Shown here: in pieces, positions 1 through 11,000 of the stretch
How the letters are laid out: each line of letters begins with the position of its first letter
Numbering within the stretch: position 1 is the stretch's first letter
Assembly (NCBI GenBank): GCA_035400585.1
Contig: DAOMZR010000001.1
Location: 370,643 to 434,642 of the forward strand
Origin: a bacterium
GTDB taxonomy: Bacteria; Patescibacteriota; Patescibacteriia; Patescibacteriales; UBA12465
DNA length: 64,000 nucleotides
Direction of reading: 5' to 3'
Made by a program: the position numbers and the translations under genes
Notes under the pieces: generated by a model
What the model was told of the DNA's origin: nothing
Databases searched by the model: none
The model's input: only the letters and a program-made list of their open reading frames with translations

Positions 1-343
1 CACCAAGATGAGCCAAACTAACACCTTCTATATCAAAACGAAAAATAATATTTTCTCCTCTTTCTTCACCTTTTTTTTCATCATGAAAAGATTTAATCCC
101 CTCAATAATAACTCCCTTAATGTCATATTCTCCGGCGCAATCTACTACAAAAGGATTTCCACGAAGACCGGAGATATTGCTATGATCAGGATGATTATGA
201 CTAACCGAAACTATATCGGCTTCAACATTTGGCAATTTAAAACCAACGGAAGAGTCAAAAGGATCAGTAACAACCGAAACGTTTTCTCCATTGATTTTTT
301 CTTCTATTTTAAAAGAAGAATGACCAAACCAGCTAATTATCAT
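1..343 (-). CDS. MBL-fold metal-dependent hydrolase (UPF0173-like), 3' end cut by window edge
   Basis: This ORF is not in the ORF track because it runs off the window. My translation of the minus strand from the ATG at 343-341 gives MIISWFGHSSFKIEEKINGENVSVVTDPFD...VSHNHPDHSNISGL. It contains an HxHxDH metal-binding motif. The + strand ORF 8..355 is its antisense shadow. Confidence 0.7.
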   Translation of the reverse strand, partial: MIISWFGHSSFKIEEKINGENVSVVTDPFDSSVGFKLPNVEADIVSVSHNHPDHSNISGLRGNPFVVDCAGEYDIKGVIIEGIKSFHDEKKGEERGENIIFRFDIEGVSLAHLG

Positions 344-415
344 AAGATTATTTAAATTGAGATTTATAAAATAGACAAAAAGCTAATCACTTAGCTTTTT
401 TTAACTTCCGTATTT

Positions 416-444
416 ATTATAACAAAACGACGTTAAATGGTCAA
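416..444 (-). promoter_or_regulatory. sigma70-type promoter TTGACC-17-TATAAT
   Basis: Read on the minus strand, TTGACC lies at 444-439, the spacer is 17 nt, and TATAAT lies at 421-416. It sits upstream of the hydrolase ATG at 343. Confidence 0.6.
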
Positions 445-456
445 CGCTTAAAATCA

Positions 457-486
457 ATAAAAAACCCGTTACCTAAGTAACGGGTT
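457..486 (-). terminator. rho-independent terminator after CDS 515..1687
   Basis: A 9-bp stem ACCCGTTAC (464-472) / GTAACGGGT (477-485) has loop CTAA. The plus-strand A-run at 459-463 gives a U-tract on the minus strand. Confidence 0.7.
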
Positions 487-514
487 AAAGAATTCGAAAA
501 ATCTTTATTTTCGT

Positions 515-1687
515 TTAATCGTTTCCAGAGAACAATATTCCTTTTCCGGACCAAAGCGTAAATTTATTTTTACCTCGCTGGTCGACTCCGATTTCTCCTA
601 AGTACAGACGATTTTGATTCACGGCTTGTATATGTCGATACAAGAAATGAACTTTGCCCACCGGTAGTGAAAAAGCGGTGTATCTTTGGGAAGGATTTAA
701 AGTTCTTTGGAGTTTGGGTTTGAATTTCAGAGAATTGCCCTTAGTTAAATCACTAAGACCAGATCCCCAGAAAAACTCAACGCCATTTTGATAATTAGTC
801 CTTAAAAAAACTGGCTTAGTTCCCTTGGTAGTAAAGCTGTAGTTAACAGCAATAACTCCAAGTAAATCATTCGGAATAACTGGTGAAATTTCACCATTTT
901 CATCCACTGAAACCTTGATTTGTTTTCTGGTTCCATCCTGATTCCAGATTTCAGTCCATCCACCAAAGTCAGAGATATAGACCTCAAAATTGGCAAAATA
1001 GGTACCTACTTCTGGTTTTTGCAAAGATAACAACTCCTTCTCTTTAGTGCTTGAAGCCATAATGTTTTCTGAATTTTCATCTCCAGGAATTAAAAATTTA
1101 TTCCCTTCGAATTCAATAAACATTGGATAAGCAACTTTGCTTTTCATTGTTATCTTAGAAAAATCAGCCAAACCCAGAACGGTGTCATTAATAACAAATT
1201 CTAGGTTGTGTCCCGGACCAGTTGTGTTGGTTATTCCGGTCATTCCTGGTAAATCTCCGCTAACAATTACCGATAAACCATCGGGGGTTACAACTTTAAA
1301 AGAAATCGCCTTTACAGAATAAATTGTTGTTTCTTTTCCACTCTTTTTATCGCGCGTAAAAGTTATAACCGAACAAGGAACCTTTATTTCCTTAACATTT
1401 TGGTCAAACTCATAGCCGGAAGAGGTAACAACGGGAACAGCCCACATTTTACTTTGAAGCAAGGCCCCGGTTTCTGCTTTATTCAAAGAATAAATTTTGA
1501 AATTTTTTAGCCTCGATTCGTTTTTGATTGTTACAAAATTGTAAGCCTTACCAGAAAGTCTTTCGTTGTCAAACCTGGTGGCTTTAATGGTCTGCTCATT
1601 TTTTATCGGTTTTTGCTGAGCAAAAATTTCTCGTGTTGCAGAAAAAATCATCACAACACCCATAAGTAAATAAACAAATCTTTTCAT
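515..1687 (-). CDS. secreted hypothetical protein (N-terminal signal peptide)
   Basis: This is a 390-aa ORF with an ATG start. The N-terminus MKRFVYLLMGVVMIFSATREIFAQQ looks like a Sec signal peptide. I recognise no family. It has its own consensus promoter. Confidence 0.75.
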   Translation of the reverse strand: MKRFVYLLMGVVMIFSATREIFAQQKPIKNEQTIKATRFDNERLSGKAYNFVTIKNESRLKNFKIYSLNKAETGALLQSKMWAVPVVTSSGYEFDQNVKEIKVPCSVITFTRDKKSGKETTIYSVKAISFKVVTPDGLSVIVSGDLPGMTGITNTTGPGHNLEFVINDTVLGLADFSKITMKSKVAYPMFIEFEGNKFLIPGDENSENIMASSTKEKELLSLQKPEVGTYFANFEVYISDFGGWTEIWNQDGTRKQIKVSVDENGEISPVIPNDLLGVIAVNYSFTTKGTKPVFLRTNYQNGVEFFWGSGLSDLTKGNSLKFKPKLQRTLNPSQRYTAFSLPVGKVHFLYRHIQAVNQNRLYLGEIGVDQRGKNKFTLWSGKGILFSGND

Positions 1688-1768
1688 GATCGTTTCGTTT
1701 TATGTTAGACAATTAAAATTATCAAATTCAATTGTTCTCGAAAATGTTAATGTACTCGAAAACAGAAA

Positions 1769-1797
1769 ATTATATCATATATAAAAATATTTGTCAA
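1769..1797 (-). promoter_or_regulatory. consensus promoter TTGACA-17-TATAAT
   Basis: On the minus strand, TTGACA lies at 1797-1792, the spacer is 17 nt, and TATAAT lies at 1774-1769. Confidence 0.7.
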
Positions 1798-1840
1798 TAC
1801 CCAGAAAATATAAGAAAAAACAAGCAAATACAAAACAAAT

Positions 1841-1868
1841 AAAAAGAGCAGAAACTTTGTCTCTGCTC
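1841..1868 (-). terminator. rho-independent terminator after CDS 1886..2311
   Basis: A 7-bp stem GAGCAGA / TCTGCTC spans 1846-1868. The plus-strand A-run at 1841-1845 gives a U-tract on the minus strand. Confidence 0.6.
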
Positions 1869-1885
1869 ATTGTTTTTAATAGCTG

Positions 1886-2311
1886 TTATTCTTCCTCTTC
1901 GTCGTATTCTTCATCATCTTCACCAAGATCGTTATCTTCGGCAACAACTTGGCTTTTCAAGAGGCTATCGATGGCAGAAAAAATCTTTTCATTTTCCTTT
2001 TTCAAGGCCTCATTCTCTTTCTCCAAACCACTGATACGACTGTTTGCCCAATTGGCACTCTTCTGAGCTTTATCGGCTTTTTCGTCGGCTAATTTAACCT
2101 CCTTAACAAGTCGCGGAATCTTGAGAGTATCAATAACGTTAACCGTGCTATCGATAACAGTAACCTTTTTATCAACTCCAACAACTTTCGTTAGGATAAT
2201 TTTATTGCCCTCGACAACTGTTTTGTTGGTACTTCTAATACCAAAAAACAACAAGATACCAATCACGACAGATATTACTATCGCTATTATTGGAAGGCGA
2301 TTCTCATTCAT
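1886..2311 (-). CDS. membrane-anchored coiled-coil protein with acidic C-terminal tail
   Basis: This is a 141-aa ORF. It has one N-terminal TM segment (LPIIAIVISVVIGILLFFGI), a heptad-like K/E-rich region, and the tail DDEEYDEEEE. No family is recognised. Confidence 0.65.
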   Translation of the reverse strand: MNENRLPIIAIVISVVIGILLFFGIRSTNKTVVEGNKIILTKVVGVDKKVTVIDSTVNVIDTLKIPRLVKEVKLADEKADKAQKSANWANSRISGLEKENEALKKENEKIFSAIDSLLKSQVVAEDNDLGEDDEEYDEEEE

Positions 2312-2377
2312 CTTTTTTCCTCCTATTTATTTTATGTTAAACAATTTTTTTGATTTTAAATTACAAAATAACATTTA

Positions 2378-2406
2378 ATTATATCACATAAAAAAAATTT
2401 TGTCAA
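2378..2406 (-). promoter_or_regulatory. consensus promoter TTGACA-17-TATAAT
   Basis: On the minus strand, TTGACA lies at 2406-2401 and overlaps the stop codon of CDS 2403..2900. TATAAT lies at 2383-2378. Confidence 0.65.
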
Positions 2407-2900
2407 GGATTGTGACTCAACCCCCTCAACCGACGCATCTCAGTAAAAACACTATCTTTTACTTCTAACATACCATGACCGATCCACTCTATAACACTGT
2501 CATATCTTTCGGACATTTCTTTGTTCTTCTTAACCTCACTATCCAATCTTTTTTCCAATTTTGTTAACTTTGATTGTAAATCATTAATTTTTAATTGAGC
2601 ATTTTTGTCAGATTCATTGGACTCAAAATGTTTGGAATTTTTTAATAAAGAAGAATCTTGAGGTAAAATAGAAGTAACTGGCAACACTGAAGCATAATTT
2701 TTATCAGCAACAAAACCAGTTTTATTCTCCCTTGGCTCCGAAGAGTTAATTTTTTGTGTTTTATCGAGATGATCTTTGTAATTTTCTAGGTCATAAGACA
2801 TTACAACCTCATCATTCATTTTAATCAATTCTTTTGCCGAAAATACGGACAAAACAATTAAAACCAAAATTAGCGCAATTAAGCCGGTTTTTGTTTTCAT
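2403..2900 (-). CDS. membrane-anchored coiled-coil hypothetical protein
   Basis: This is a 165-aa ORF with an N-terminal TM/signal segment (MKTKTGLIALILVLIVLSVFSA) and a coiled-coil-like C-terminal half. Confidence 0.65.
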   Translation of the reverse strand: MKTKTGLIALILVLIVLSVFSAKELIKMNDEVVMSYDLENYKDHLDKTQKINSSEPRENKTGFVADKNYASVLPVTSILPQDSSLLKNSKHFESNESDKNAQLKINDLQSKLTKLEKRLDSEVKKNKEMSERYDSVIEWIGHGMLEVKDSVFTEMRRLRGLSHNP

Positions 2901-2936
2901 GTTTTATTATTTTAATGTACATTATTTTAACCCCGA

Positions 2937-2965
2937 ATTATATCATAAAAAAATATATTTGTCAA
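2937..2965 (-). promoter_or_regulatory. consensus promoter TTGACA-17-TATAAT (divergent pair, minus member)
   Basis: On the minus strand, TTGACA lies at 2965-2960 and TATAAT at 2942-2937. Confidence 0.7.
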
Positions 2966-2985
2966 TACGGAGTTAAAAGCACGTA

Positions 2986-3014
2986 TTGACAAAATATTTT
3001 AAATATGATACAAT
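2986..3014 (+). promoter_or_regulatory. promoter TTGACA-17-TACAAT (divergent pair, plus member)
   Basis: TTGACA lies at 2986-2991, the spacer is 17 nt, and TACAAT lies at 3009-3014. Confidence 0.7.
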
Positions 3015-3049
3015 CAAGGGTTGTATTTAGTTCATTAAAAAGCCAAATG

Positions 3050-3108
3050 CTAAATTAAAAAATTTTCTAGGAAGCAATTTTTGTTTTCTGAAAAATTTTT
3101 TAATTTAG
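3050..3108 (+). promoter_or_regulatory. long 5'-UTR hairpin upstream of CDS 3134
   Basis: CTAAATTAAAAAATTTTC (3050-3067) pairs with GAAAAATTTTTTAATTTAG (3090-3108). That gives 18 bp with one bulged A and a 22-nt loop. The hairpin lies between the promoter at 2986 and the ATG at 3134. Confidence 0.55.
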
Positions 3109-3133
3109 TATAAACCAAAAAAACAAAACAATA

Positions 3134-3682
3134 ATGGAAGCGAAAATTCTGGACTACATCTACGATGAAAACAAAGAATTGATTGGAGTAAATCTTGATC
3201 AGATCGGTGAACTAAAAATTAGTCACTGGGAAGAAAAGGTTATCGGCTCGTTTGCCAGGGTGGAATTTAAAATTCCAGCTAAAGACGGCGTATTCACCAA
3301 ATTTATTCCTGAAAGACTTCGTCTTTATAAAAATGGTGAAATACAAAGCATGCTCCCCTATTGGCGACACGGGGTTTTCGTTAAATCAACAAAAGGAGAA
3401 GATGTTCTGGTGACCAGATGCTATTATCATGTTGATTCTAAAAAAACAGAAAACAGCCTGCCCTTCGGAAAAACAGTTATTGGAACTGTTGAAATTCGAA
3501 AAGCGACCAACGCCAAAACCGGAGAAGAAAAAATAATTTTAAATTTTATTTACTCTGGTGAAACCAAAAAAATTGAGAAAAAAAGGAAAATTGTTATTGA
3601 CAGCGGCTCCGACAAGGAACCAATATTCAAAACAAAAATTCCCGGAAGTGGAGGAAAAATGATTAAAGTATTCAACGTTTAA
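3134..3682 (+). CDS. hypothetical protein
   Basis: This is a 182-aa ORF with an ATG start, a consensus promoter and a structured leader. No motif is recognised. Confidence 0.7.
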   Translation: MEAKILDYIYDENKELIGVNLDQIGELKISHWEEKVIGSFARVEFKIPAKDGVFTKFIPERLRLYKNGEIQSMLPYWRHGVFVKSTKGEDVLVTRCYYHVDSKKTENSLPFGKTVIGTVEIRKATNAKTGEEKIILNFIYSGETKKIEKKRKIVIDSGSDKEPIFKTKIPGSGGKMIKVFNV

Positions 3683-3754
3683 TTCTCCCCTCAAAAAAAC
3701 AAAAGCGCAAGAAAAAAATCTTGCGCTTATTTTTTTATATTTATTTTGCTAAAA

Positions 3755-5149
3755 TTAATAACCAATATTTTTAATAAAATAATCCTTTAAATCACTGATT
3801 TTAATTCTTTCCTGTTCCATTGAATCTCGATGTCTTAAGGTAACATCATTATTTTCCAGACTATCAAAATCGACTGTTAAACAATAAGGCGTTCCTATTT
3901 CATCTTGACGGCGATAACGCTTACCGATATTACCATTGTCGTCAAATTCACACTTCCAATTAATTTTTAATACATCAAAAACTTCTTTGGCTTTAGAAAC
4001 TAATTCTGGTTTATTTTTTAACAAAGGAAAAACAGCAATTTTAACTGGGGCTAATTTAGAAGAAATTTTTAAAACAATTCTAGAATTATCTCCCTCACCC
4101 TCTTCACAATAAGCATCAGATAAAATAGCCAAAAAAGTTCTACCAACACCAGCCGACGTTTCAATTATATGAGGAGTAAAACGAGAGTTGTCGCTTGGAT
4201 CTAAATAAGTTAGATCTTTACCAGAGTGTTTGCTGTGTTGAGTCAAATCATAATCTCCTCGAGCATGTATTCCTTCTAGCTCTTTAAAACCAAAAGGAAA
4301 GTTATACTCAATATCATAAGCTTCTTTAGCATAAAAAACCAAATTTTCATGTTTGTGCCATTTTAAATTATTCTCCTTAATCCCTAAACTCAAATAAAAA
4401 TTCCAACGAACATCCTTCCATTCATTATAATATTTCTGATAATCTTCTGGCCTAATAAAATATTGCATTTCCATTTGCTCAAACTCTCTAGTTCTAAAAA
4501 TAAACTGTCTGGCAGTTATCTCATTTCTAAAAGCCTTACCAATTTGAGCAACTCCAAAAGGAACTTTAACTCTAGTTGAGTCTAAAACATTTTTATAATT
4601 AACATAAATTCCCTGGCAAGTTTCTCCTCTTAAATAAGTTGGTTCCTTAGACCAATCTCCGGTAAAATTTCCCAGATTAGATTGAACTAATAAATTAAAT
4701 TTTTTGCCTGGCGTAAAATCTTTAGCTCCGCAATTCGGACATTTTATTTTATCTTTATTTTGGCTAAAAATTTCATTAATTTCCTCTTCGCTCATTTTTT
4801 CATCAGCAAAAATTCCAGCCTCTTCCAATAAAGAATCTAGTCTTAGACGAGAATGACACTTGCGACATTCAGTTAAGGGATCAGAAAAACCTTTGACATG
4901 ACCAGAGGCTTCCCATATTTTGGGATTCATAAAAATAGCTGAATCGAGACCAACAACATCGTTGCGATACTGAGTCATAGCTTTCCACCAAGCGTTTTTG
5001 ATATTATTAGCCAATTCTACTCCGTAAGGACCGTAATCGTAAACGGCCGGAAAACCATTATAAATTTCCGAGGATTGAAAAACAAAACCCCGTCTTTTAC
5101 ACAAAGAAACTATTTTTTCCATTTTACTTTCTTGGTTGCCACTGCTCAT
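3755..5149 (-). CDS. glyQS: glycine--tRNA ligase (class II, single-chain GlyQS type)
   Basis: This 464-aa product begins MEKIVSLCKRRGFVFQSSEIYNG, which is typical of dimeric GlyRS. Class II core motifs are present. The start may instead be the internal MEKIV. Confidence 0.9.
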   Translation of the reverse strand: MSSGNQESKMEKIVSLCKRRGFVFQSSEIYNGFPAVYDYGPYGVELANNIKNAWWKAMTQYRNDVVGLDSAIFMNPKIWEASGHVKGFSDPLTECRKCHSRLRLDSLLEEAGIFADEKMSEEEINEIFSQNKDKIKCPNCGAKDFTPGKKFNLLVQSNLGNFTGDWSKEPTYLRGETCQGIYVNYKNVLDSTRVKVPFGVAQIGKAFRNEITARQFIFRTREFEQMEMQYFIRPEDYQKYYNEWKDVRWNFYLSLGIKENNLKWHKHENLVFYAKEAYDIEYNFPFGFKELEGIHARGDYDLTQHSKHSGKDLTYLDPSDNSRFTPHIIETSAGVGRTFLAILSDAYCEEGEGDNSRIVLKISSKLAPVKIAVFPLLKNKPELVSKAKEVFDVLKINWKCEFDDNGNIGKRYRRQDEIGTPYCLTVDFDSLENNDVTLRHRDSMEQERIKISDLKDYFIKNIGY

Positions 5150-5169
5150 ATTTTTAAATATATTTAAAT

Positions 5170-6852
5170 TTAAATTTCTTCAATATTAGTTTTAATACCC
5201 AACAAAGAAAAAGCGTTTTTCATTAAAACAATGCAAGATTTAATTAACACCACTCTGGCTCGCATGACAGCCTCTTCTGCCTGTAAAATATTAACTTTTT
5301 GATAATAATCATTAAATATTTTTACAAAAGAAAACAAATATTTTGCCACCTCACTAGGATCATTATCTTTTCCAGCTTTAATAATAATATCCCCATATTT
5401 GGAAATTTCCAAACAAATTATTTTTTCAATTTCATCTTTTAAGCTATCAGCTACAGAATTGAAATCGATTTGAGACGGAATTTGAAAATTTGATTTTCTA
5501 ACAATACTTTTCATTCTAACTAGACTGTATAAAATATAAAGAGCTCCAAACCCATCAAACTTCAAAGCATTCTCTATGTCAAAGGTTATCACTTTATTTG
5601 GAGAAACTTTAAGCATTTCAAATTTTAAAATAGCCACGGCTAGTTTTTGAGAATTTTCTTCTATTTTATCATCACTCCAATCTTGGTGTCTCTCTTTGGT
5701 TTCTGATACTAATTTATTGAAAATCTGATTATAAAGATCTTTTAATAGAACAATTTTACCTGAACGAGAAGACATCATTCCGTCTGGCAACTTAACAAAA
5801 TCATAGGCTAGATGAGTAAAGTCATTTTTATAACCGGCTAATTCTAAAATTTTAAATAATTGTTTAAAATGCAAACTTTGCCTTACATCAACTACGATAA
5901 AAGATTTTTTTAAATTAGAAAAATCGGAATTCTTTTTTTCAGCTAAAGCTAAATCAGCCACGGCATACAAAGCGGTACCATCACTTCTAACCACCGGCAA
6001 AACACCCAAATTATATTTCTCTAAATCAGCAATAATTGCTCCTTGACTTTTTTTAAAAATTTCTTTTTTTAAAAAATTATCTACTATTTCAACCCCTCTT
6101 TCGGTAAAATCGCTTTCAAAATAAGTTTTATCAAATTTTATATCCAAGAGAGAATAAATATCATCAAATTCTTTTAAGCTTAATTTTCTGGTTTCTTTCC
6201 ATAATTGATAATTGTCTCCCTTTTTGCCTTCAATATCTATCATTATTTTACTAATTTCTTCAGAAATTTCTGGTTTTTTTTCTATCTCAGAAACAGACCA
6301 AGAATAACACTCTCCTATGTTTTGGCTATGCCCCATTTTATAAGCCCAAACGGTTTTGGCCGTATTTATGCCAAGATCATTAATGAAAGAAACAGGATGA
6401 GCATCAAAACCATTAGCTTTAAAAATTTTAACCAAAGAATCACCCAAAACAATATTTCTTAAATGGCCAATATGTATTTCTTTGTGGGTGTTAGCATTAG
6501 AATATTCAAAAATAACCCTATCTTGCCCACCAATATTATTATAAAAAAGATTTTTTTGATTATCCAAAGTGATTTTAATTGTTTCAGCTATTAAATATTT
6601 TTTGTTTATAAAAAAATTAAGATATGGACCAGCTATATCTACTTTTTCAACAATTAAGTTTAATTCCGGTTCGGACAAAATTTTATCTTTAATTTTCAAA
6701 GATAAAACTTTTAAATCTTCTTTGGATTTTTTAGCCAAAGAAAAAAGAGGCAAAGATAAGTCGCCCAAATCATTGCTCGGCGGATAAACAAAGATATTTT
6801 GTTCAATATCCAAATTTTTAGCTATTTTTTCTTTAATATGGTCTAAAATCAT
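5170..6852 (-). CDS. argS: arginine--tRNA ligase
   Basis: This is a 560-aa product with the class I HIGH motif (HIGHLRN). The length and layout match ArgRS. Confidence 0.9.
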   Translation of the reverse strand: MILDHIKEKIAKNLDIEQNIFVYPPSNDLGDLSLPLFSLAKKSKEDLKVLSLKIKDKILSEPELNLIVEKVDIAGPYLNFFINKKYLIAETIKITLDNQKNLFYNNIGGQDRVIFEYSNANTHKEIHIGHLRNIVLGDSLVKIFKANGFDAHPVSFINDLGINTAKTVWAYKMGHSQNIGECYSWSVSEIEKKPEISEEISKIMIDIEGKKGDNYQLWKETRKLSLKEFDDIYSLLDIKFDKTYFESDFTERGVEIVDNFLKKEIFKKSQGAIIADLEKYNLGVLPVVRSDGTALYAVADLALAEKKNSDFSNLKKSFIVVDVRQSLHFKQLFKILELAGYKNDFTHLAYDFVKLPDGMMSSRSGKIVLLKDLYNQIFNKLVSETKERHQDWSDDKIEENSQKLAVAILKFEMLKVSPNKVITFDIENALKFDGFGALYILYSLVRMKSIVRKSNFQIPSQIDFNSVADSLKDEIEKIICLEISKYGDIIIKAGKDNDPSEVAKYLFSFVKIFNDYYQKVNILQAEEAVMRARVVLIKSCIVLMKNAFSLLGIKTNIEEI

Positions 6853-6995
6853 AAAAAACCAAAAATAATTAGGTCTAGTAAAATTGTATACTATTTATAT
6901 TGATTTGACAATATAAAGTTAAAAAAAATATTGTATAATTTTCAAAATATGCTATAATTAAATTAATAAAAATTATTAAAATTAAAATCAAAATT

Positions 6996-7991
6996 ATGAC
7001 CCCTTACAGAGAAATTTTGAAACGAGCTTGGAAAATCTCTTGGAAAAATAAAATTCTGTGGTTTTTCGGCTTTTTCGCCTCACTTATCAGTTTTGGTGCT
7101 GAATTAAAAATTTTTTCCAGAGCTTTTAGTCAAGAAAGTGGTTTAAAAATTATAAACAATATTGGCTTATTTATTAAAACTGGGATCTTCTCTAAAAATG
7201 CTTTATATAATTTATCATACTTAATTAAAACAGAACCTTGGTCAGCAATCCTTCTGTTTTTAATACTAATAGTGACATTAGCTATATCGCTATTCTTTAT
7301 TTGGCTAGCCACAACCTCGCAAATATCAATTATTGATGCTGTCAAAAAAATAAATAAAGAAAATAAAGAAAAAATAAACATTAAAGATCAAATAAAAAAA
7401 TCCAAAAATAAATTCTGGCCAGTTCTAGGGATGAATGTTTTAATTTGGTTAATTATTAATGGGGTTACTCTTTTAATAAGTTTGCTTTTAGTGGTTATTA
7501 TAATTCAAAACAAATCATCTCTTTTGGCAATTTACGGTTTATTATTTATAATTTTTATTCCGATAATTTTGTTTTTATCTTTCATGATAAAATATGCGAT
7601 TGCTTATATAGTTATAGATGGTAAAAAAACATCTGACGCTTTAAAAAGCGGTTGGGAATTATTTAAAAAAAACTGGCTAATTAGCATTGAAATGTCTATC
7701 ACCTTATTCTTCATAAATATTTTAGCTATGGCTATCATATCTATTGTTGTTTTCCTAATCTTCCTTGTCTTGGCTGGTATAGCCATGACAACAGCTATAT
7801 TTATCTTCTCTTCTCAGGCTTTCTTCTGGGGATTAATATCTATAGCCATACTAATTGCTGTTGTCTTGATTTCTTTGGGTAGTGCTATAATTAATACCTT
7901 CCAAATAAGCGCCTGGACAGAATTGTTTATTAAACTAAAAGAAGAAAAAACAAGCAGTAAACTAGAAAGAATATTCTCAGAACAAAAATAA
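6996..7991 (+). CDS. polytopic membrane protein, unknown function
   Basis: This is a 331-aa product with several long hydrophobic segments. No catalytic motif is recognised. Confidence 0.7.
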   Translation: MTPYREILKRAWKISWKNKILWFFGFFASLISFGAELKIFSRAFSQESGLKIINNIGLFIKTGIFSKNALYNLSYLIKTEPWSAILLFLILIVTLAISLFFIWLATTSQISIIDAVKKINKENKEKINIKDQIKKSKNKFWPVLGMNVLIWLIINGVTLLISLLLVVIIIQNKSSLLAIYGLLFIIFIPIILFLSFMIKYAIAYIVIDGKKTSDALKSGWELFKKNWLISIEMSITLFFINILAMAIISIVVFLIFLVLAGIAMTTAIFIFSSQAFFWGLISIAILIAVVLISLGSAIINTFQISAWTELFIKLKEEKTSSKLERIFSEQK

Positions 7992-8007
7992 ATGTAATTT
8001 TAAATAA

Positions 8008-11000
8008 ATGAGTGGATTTGATTCAATCTCCAGCTTGCTTAATAAAAACAAACAAAGTAATGATGATACTGCGCAAGGAAAGCTGGCGGCTAAACAACAA
8101 GAAATAAAGCTTAAAGAAATAGAAAGACAAACAAAACTCAAAGCTGATGCTTTGGGTCTTTCTTATGTTAATTTATTTGCTTTTCCTATAAGCCCAGAAG
8201 CTATAACCTTAATACCAGAAGAAGAAGCTATTGCCGAAAAAATAATTTGTTTTTATTACGATGGTGAAAATATTCGTTTAGCCACTAGTCGTCCGGAAAA
8301 TCCTCGGGTTAAAGAAATAGAAGAAGAGTTGAACAAAACTTATTTTACAAAAAGTGTTCTTTATTTAATTTCCGACACCAGTCTTGGTCATGGATTAGAG
8401 GTTTATAAAACAATACCAAAAATAAAAAGGGTTACTGGTGGTGTTGAGATTAAAGAAGAAGACTTGGAAAAATTTAAAGCTGATATTGAGAGCTATCAAA
8501 GTTTAAATGAGAAAATAAATGAGGTAAATATTACTGATGTTGTTACTTTGCTTTTAGCAACAGCTCTTAAAGTTGGCTCTAGCGATATACATATTGAAGC
8601 CGAAGAACAAGGAATTGTCATTAGATTAAGGATTGACGGGGTTCTACAAGAAGCGGCTGTAATCGATAAAATAAAATGGAAAAAAATAATTTCTCGCATG
8701 AAGATACTAGCAGCGGTTAAAATTAACATTGAGGACAAACCACAGGATGGAAGATTTTCTATATTTTTAACTGACGACAGGGTTGATGTTAGAGTTTCTT
8801 TTTTACCAACCGCCTTTGGAGAAAGTGTCGTAATGAGGCTTTTGAAATCTAGCTCTGTTGGATTGTCTTTTGATGATCTTGGTTTAATGCCTCAAGCTTA
8901 TGAGATATTAAAAGCTGAAATCGAAAAACCAAACGGTTTAGTCTTAACAACCGGACCAACTGGTAGTGGTAAAACTACAACCTTGTATGCTATTTTAAAC
9001 AAATTAAACCAACCTGGAACAAAAATTATAACCATGGAAGATCCGATAGAGTATCAGCTTAAAGGAATAAACCAAAGCCAGGTAAACCCTAAAAAGGGAT
9101 ATACTTTTGCCAGTGGATTAAGATCAATACTTAGACAAGATCCAGATGTAGTTATGGTTGGTGAAACCAGGGATTTAGAAACAGCCGAAATAGCTGTTCA
9201 AGCTAGCTTGACTGGACACTTAGTACTATCAACTTTACACACTAACGATGCTGCCGGTGTCATTCCGAGATTGATTGATATGGGAATAAAACCCTATTTT
9301 TTGGTTCCATCAATTAACGCTGTTATTGGTCAAAGACTTATAAGAAAATTATGCCCGCATTGTCGAGAAGCTCATCAATTAAATGAAGATGAAGAGTTTC
9401 AACTAAAAAAAATACTTGGGGTTATCTCCCCTAAAGCCGGTCTCGATATTCCGACTACCCTACCAACAATTTATAAATCCGGAAAAGGATGTGAGCATTG
9501 TGGTGGAATTGGTTATAAAGGCAGAGTTGGTATTTATGAAGTTTTTACAATGGACGATAAATTAAAACAACTAACAATAGATAATGCTCCTTCTTTCAAA
9601 ATATTACAACAAGCCATTGAAAACGGCATGGTAACCATGCTCCAAGATGGAGTTTTAAAAGTTCTAAAAGGAATGACTAGTCTTGATGAGGTTTATAGAG
9701 TTATTGGTGTATTTGATTATATTGACGAACTATACGACGTATCAATATCCAAAACGATGGGTAGAGGTATCAAGATTAAAGCTGAAAAACTAGAAGAGGC
9801 TCAATCTTTGTTAAAAAATGTTCCGACCATTAATCAATTAATGAAGGAGGTGCCAACCAAAGAAATAATAAATCTATTAATTTCTCTAGCTGTCCAAAGC
9901 AGTGCTGGCGACTTGCATATTGAACCAACGGAAAATAATATTAAAATTCGTTTCAGAATAGATGGCGTTCTTCACGATATGTTTGAACTACCAAAAGAAA
10001 ACTATTTGCCGTTAATTGGAGAGATGAAAATATTAATGGGAGTAGAAACAAACATTAAAAAAGCTACAATTGATGGTCGTTTTACAATCTTCCTTCCGGA
10101 CTCAAAACTTGATTGTCGTGTCTCAATAATATCAGGAGCTTTTGGAGAAACCATCGTAGTCAGACTTTTAACTGGAGCTGGAGAAGCTTTAGATATCGAA
10201 AAATTAGGCTTATCACAATATGCCCTGCCAGCATTAAAACGATCTATGGTTAAAACAAAAGGAATTATTTTGACGACCGGGCCAACTGGTAGTGGTAAAA
10301 CTACAACTTTATACAGTGTTTTGAAAAAAATTAATACACCCGATGTAAAAATAATTACCGTTGAAGATCCGATTGAGTATCAAATGCCGGGTATTATTCA
10401 AACTCAAATCGATAATGATAGTGGATATACTTTTGCAGCCGCTATGAGATCTTTTTTGCGTCAAAATCCAAACATAATGATGATTGGAGAAATTCGTGAC
10501 CGAGAAACAGCTGAAATATCAATTGAAGCCGCCTTAACCGGACATTTAGTTTTATCAACCATACACACCAACAGTGCGGCTGGCGCAGTCTCTCGTTTTA
10601 TTGGCTTAAATGTTGAAAGACAAATGCTCGCCAATGCCCTGGAATGTTCCATTGGACAAAGATTAGTAAGAAGAATCTGTCCTTATTGTGAAAAAGAAGA
10701 AATTACACCAGACGAAACAAGCATGCAAGAAGTAAAAAAAATACTAGACAGCATTAAAAACCCTAATGTAGTTATACCTAGTCAAATAAAATTCTACAAA
10801 GGAAAAGGTTGCGACAAGTGCAACAACATCGGTTATAAAGGTAGGCTTGGTTTGTATGAATCACTAGAAGTTAACGAAGAGATAAGAAAATTGATAGCCA
10901 CCGAAGGAATAAGTGATTATGAGATAGAACAAAAAGCCATAGAAAATGGAATGATAAATATAATTCAAGACGGCATACTTAAAGCTCTAGATGGTCAAAC

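Noticed and set aside
8-355. Track ORF 8..355 (+), 115 aa.
   Set aside because: It is antisense to a much more convincing MBL-fold hydrolase reading frame (HxHxDH motif) that runs off the window. Its own sequence is low-complexity with no start context.
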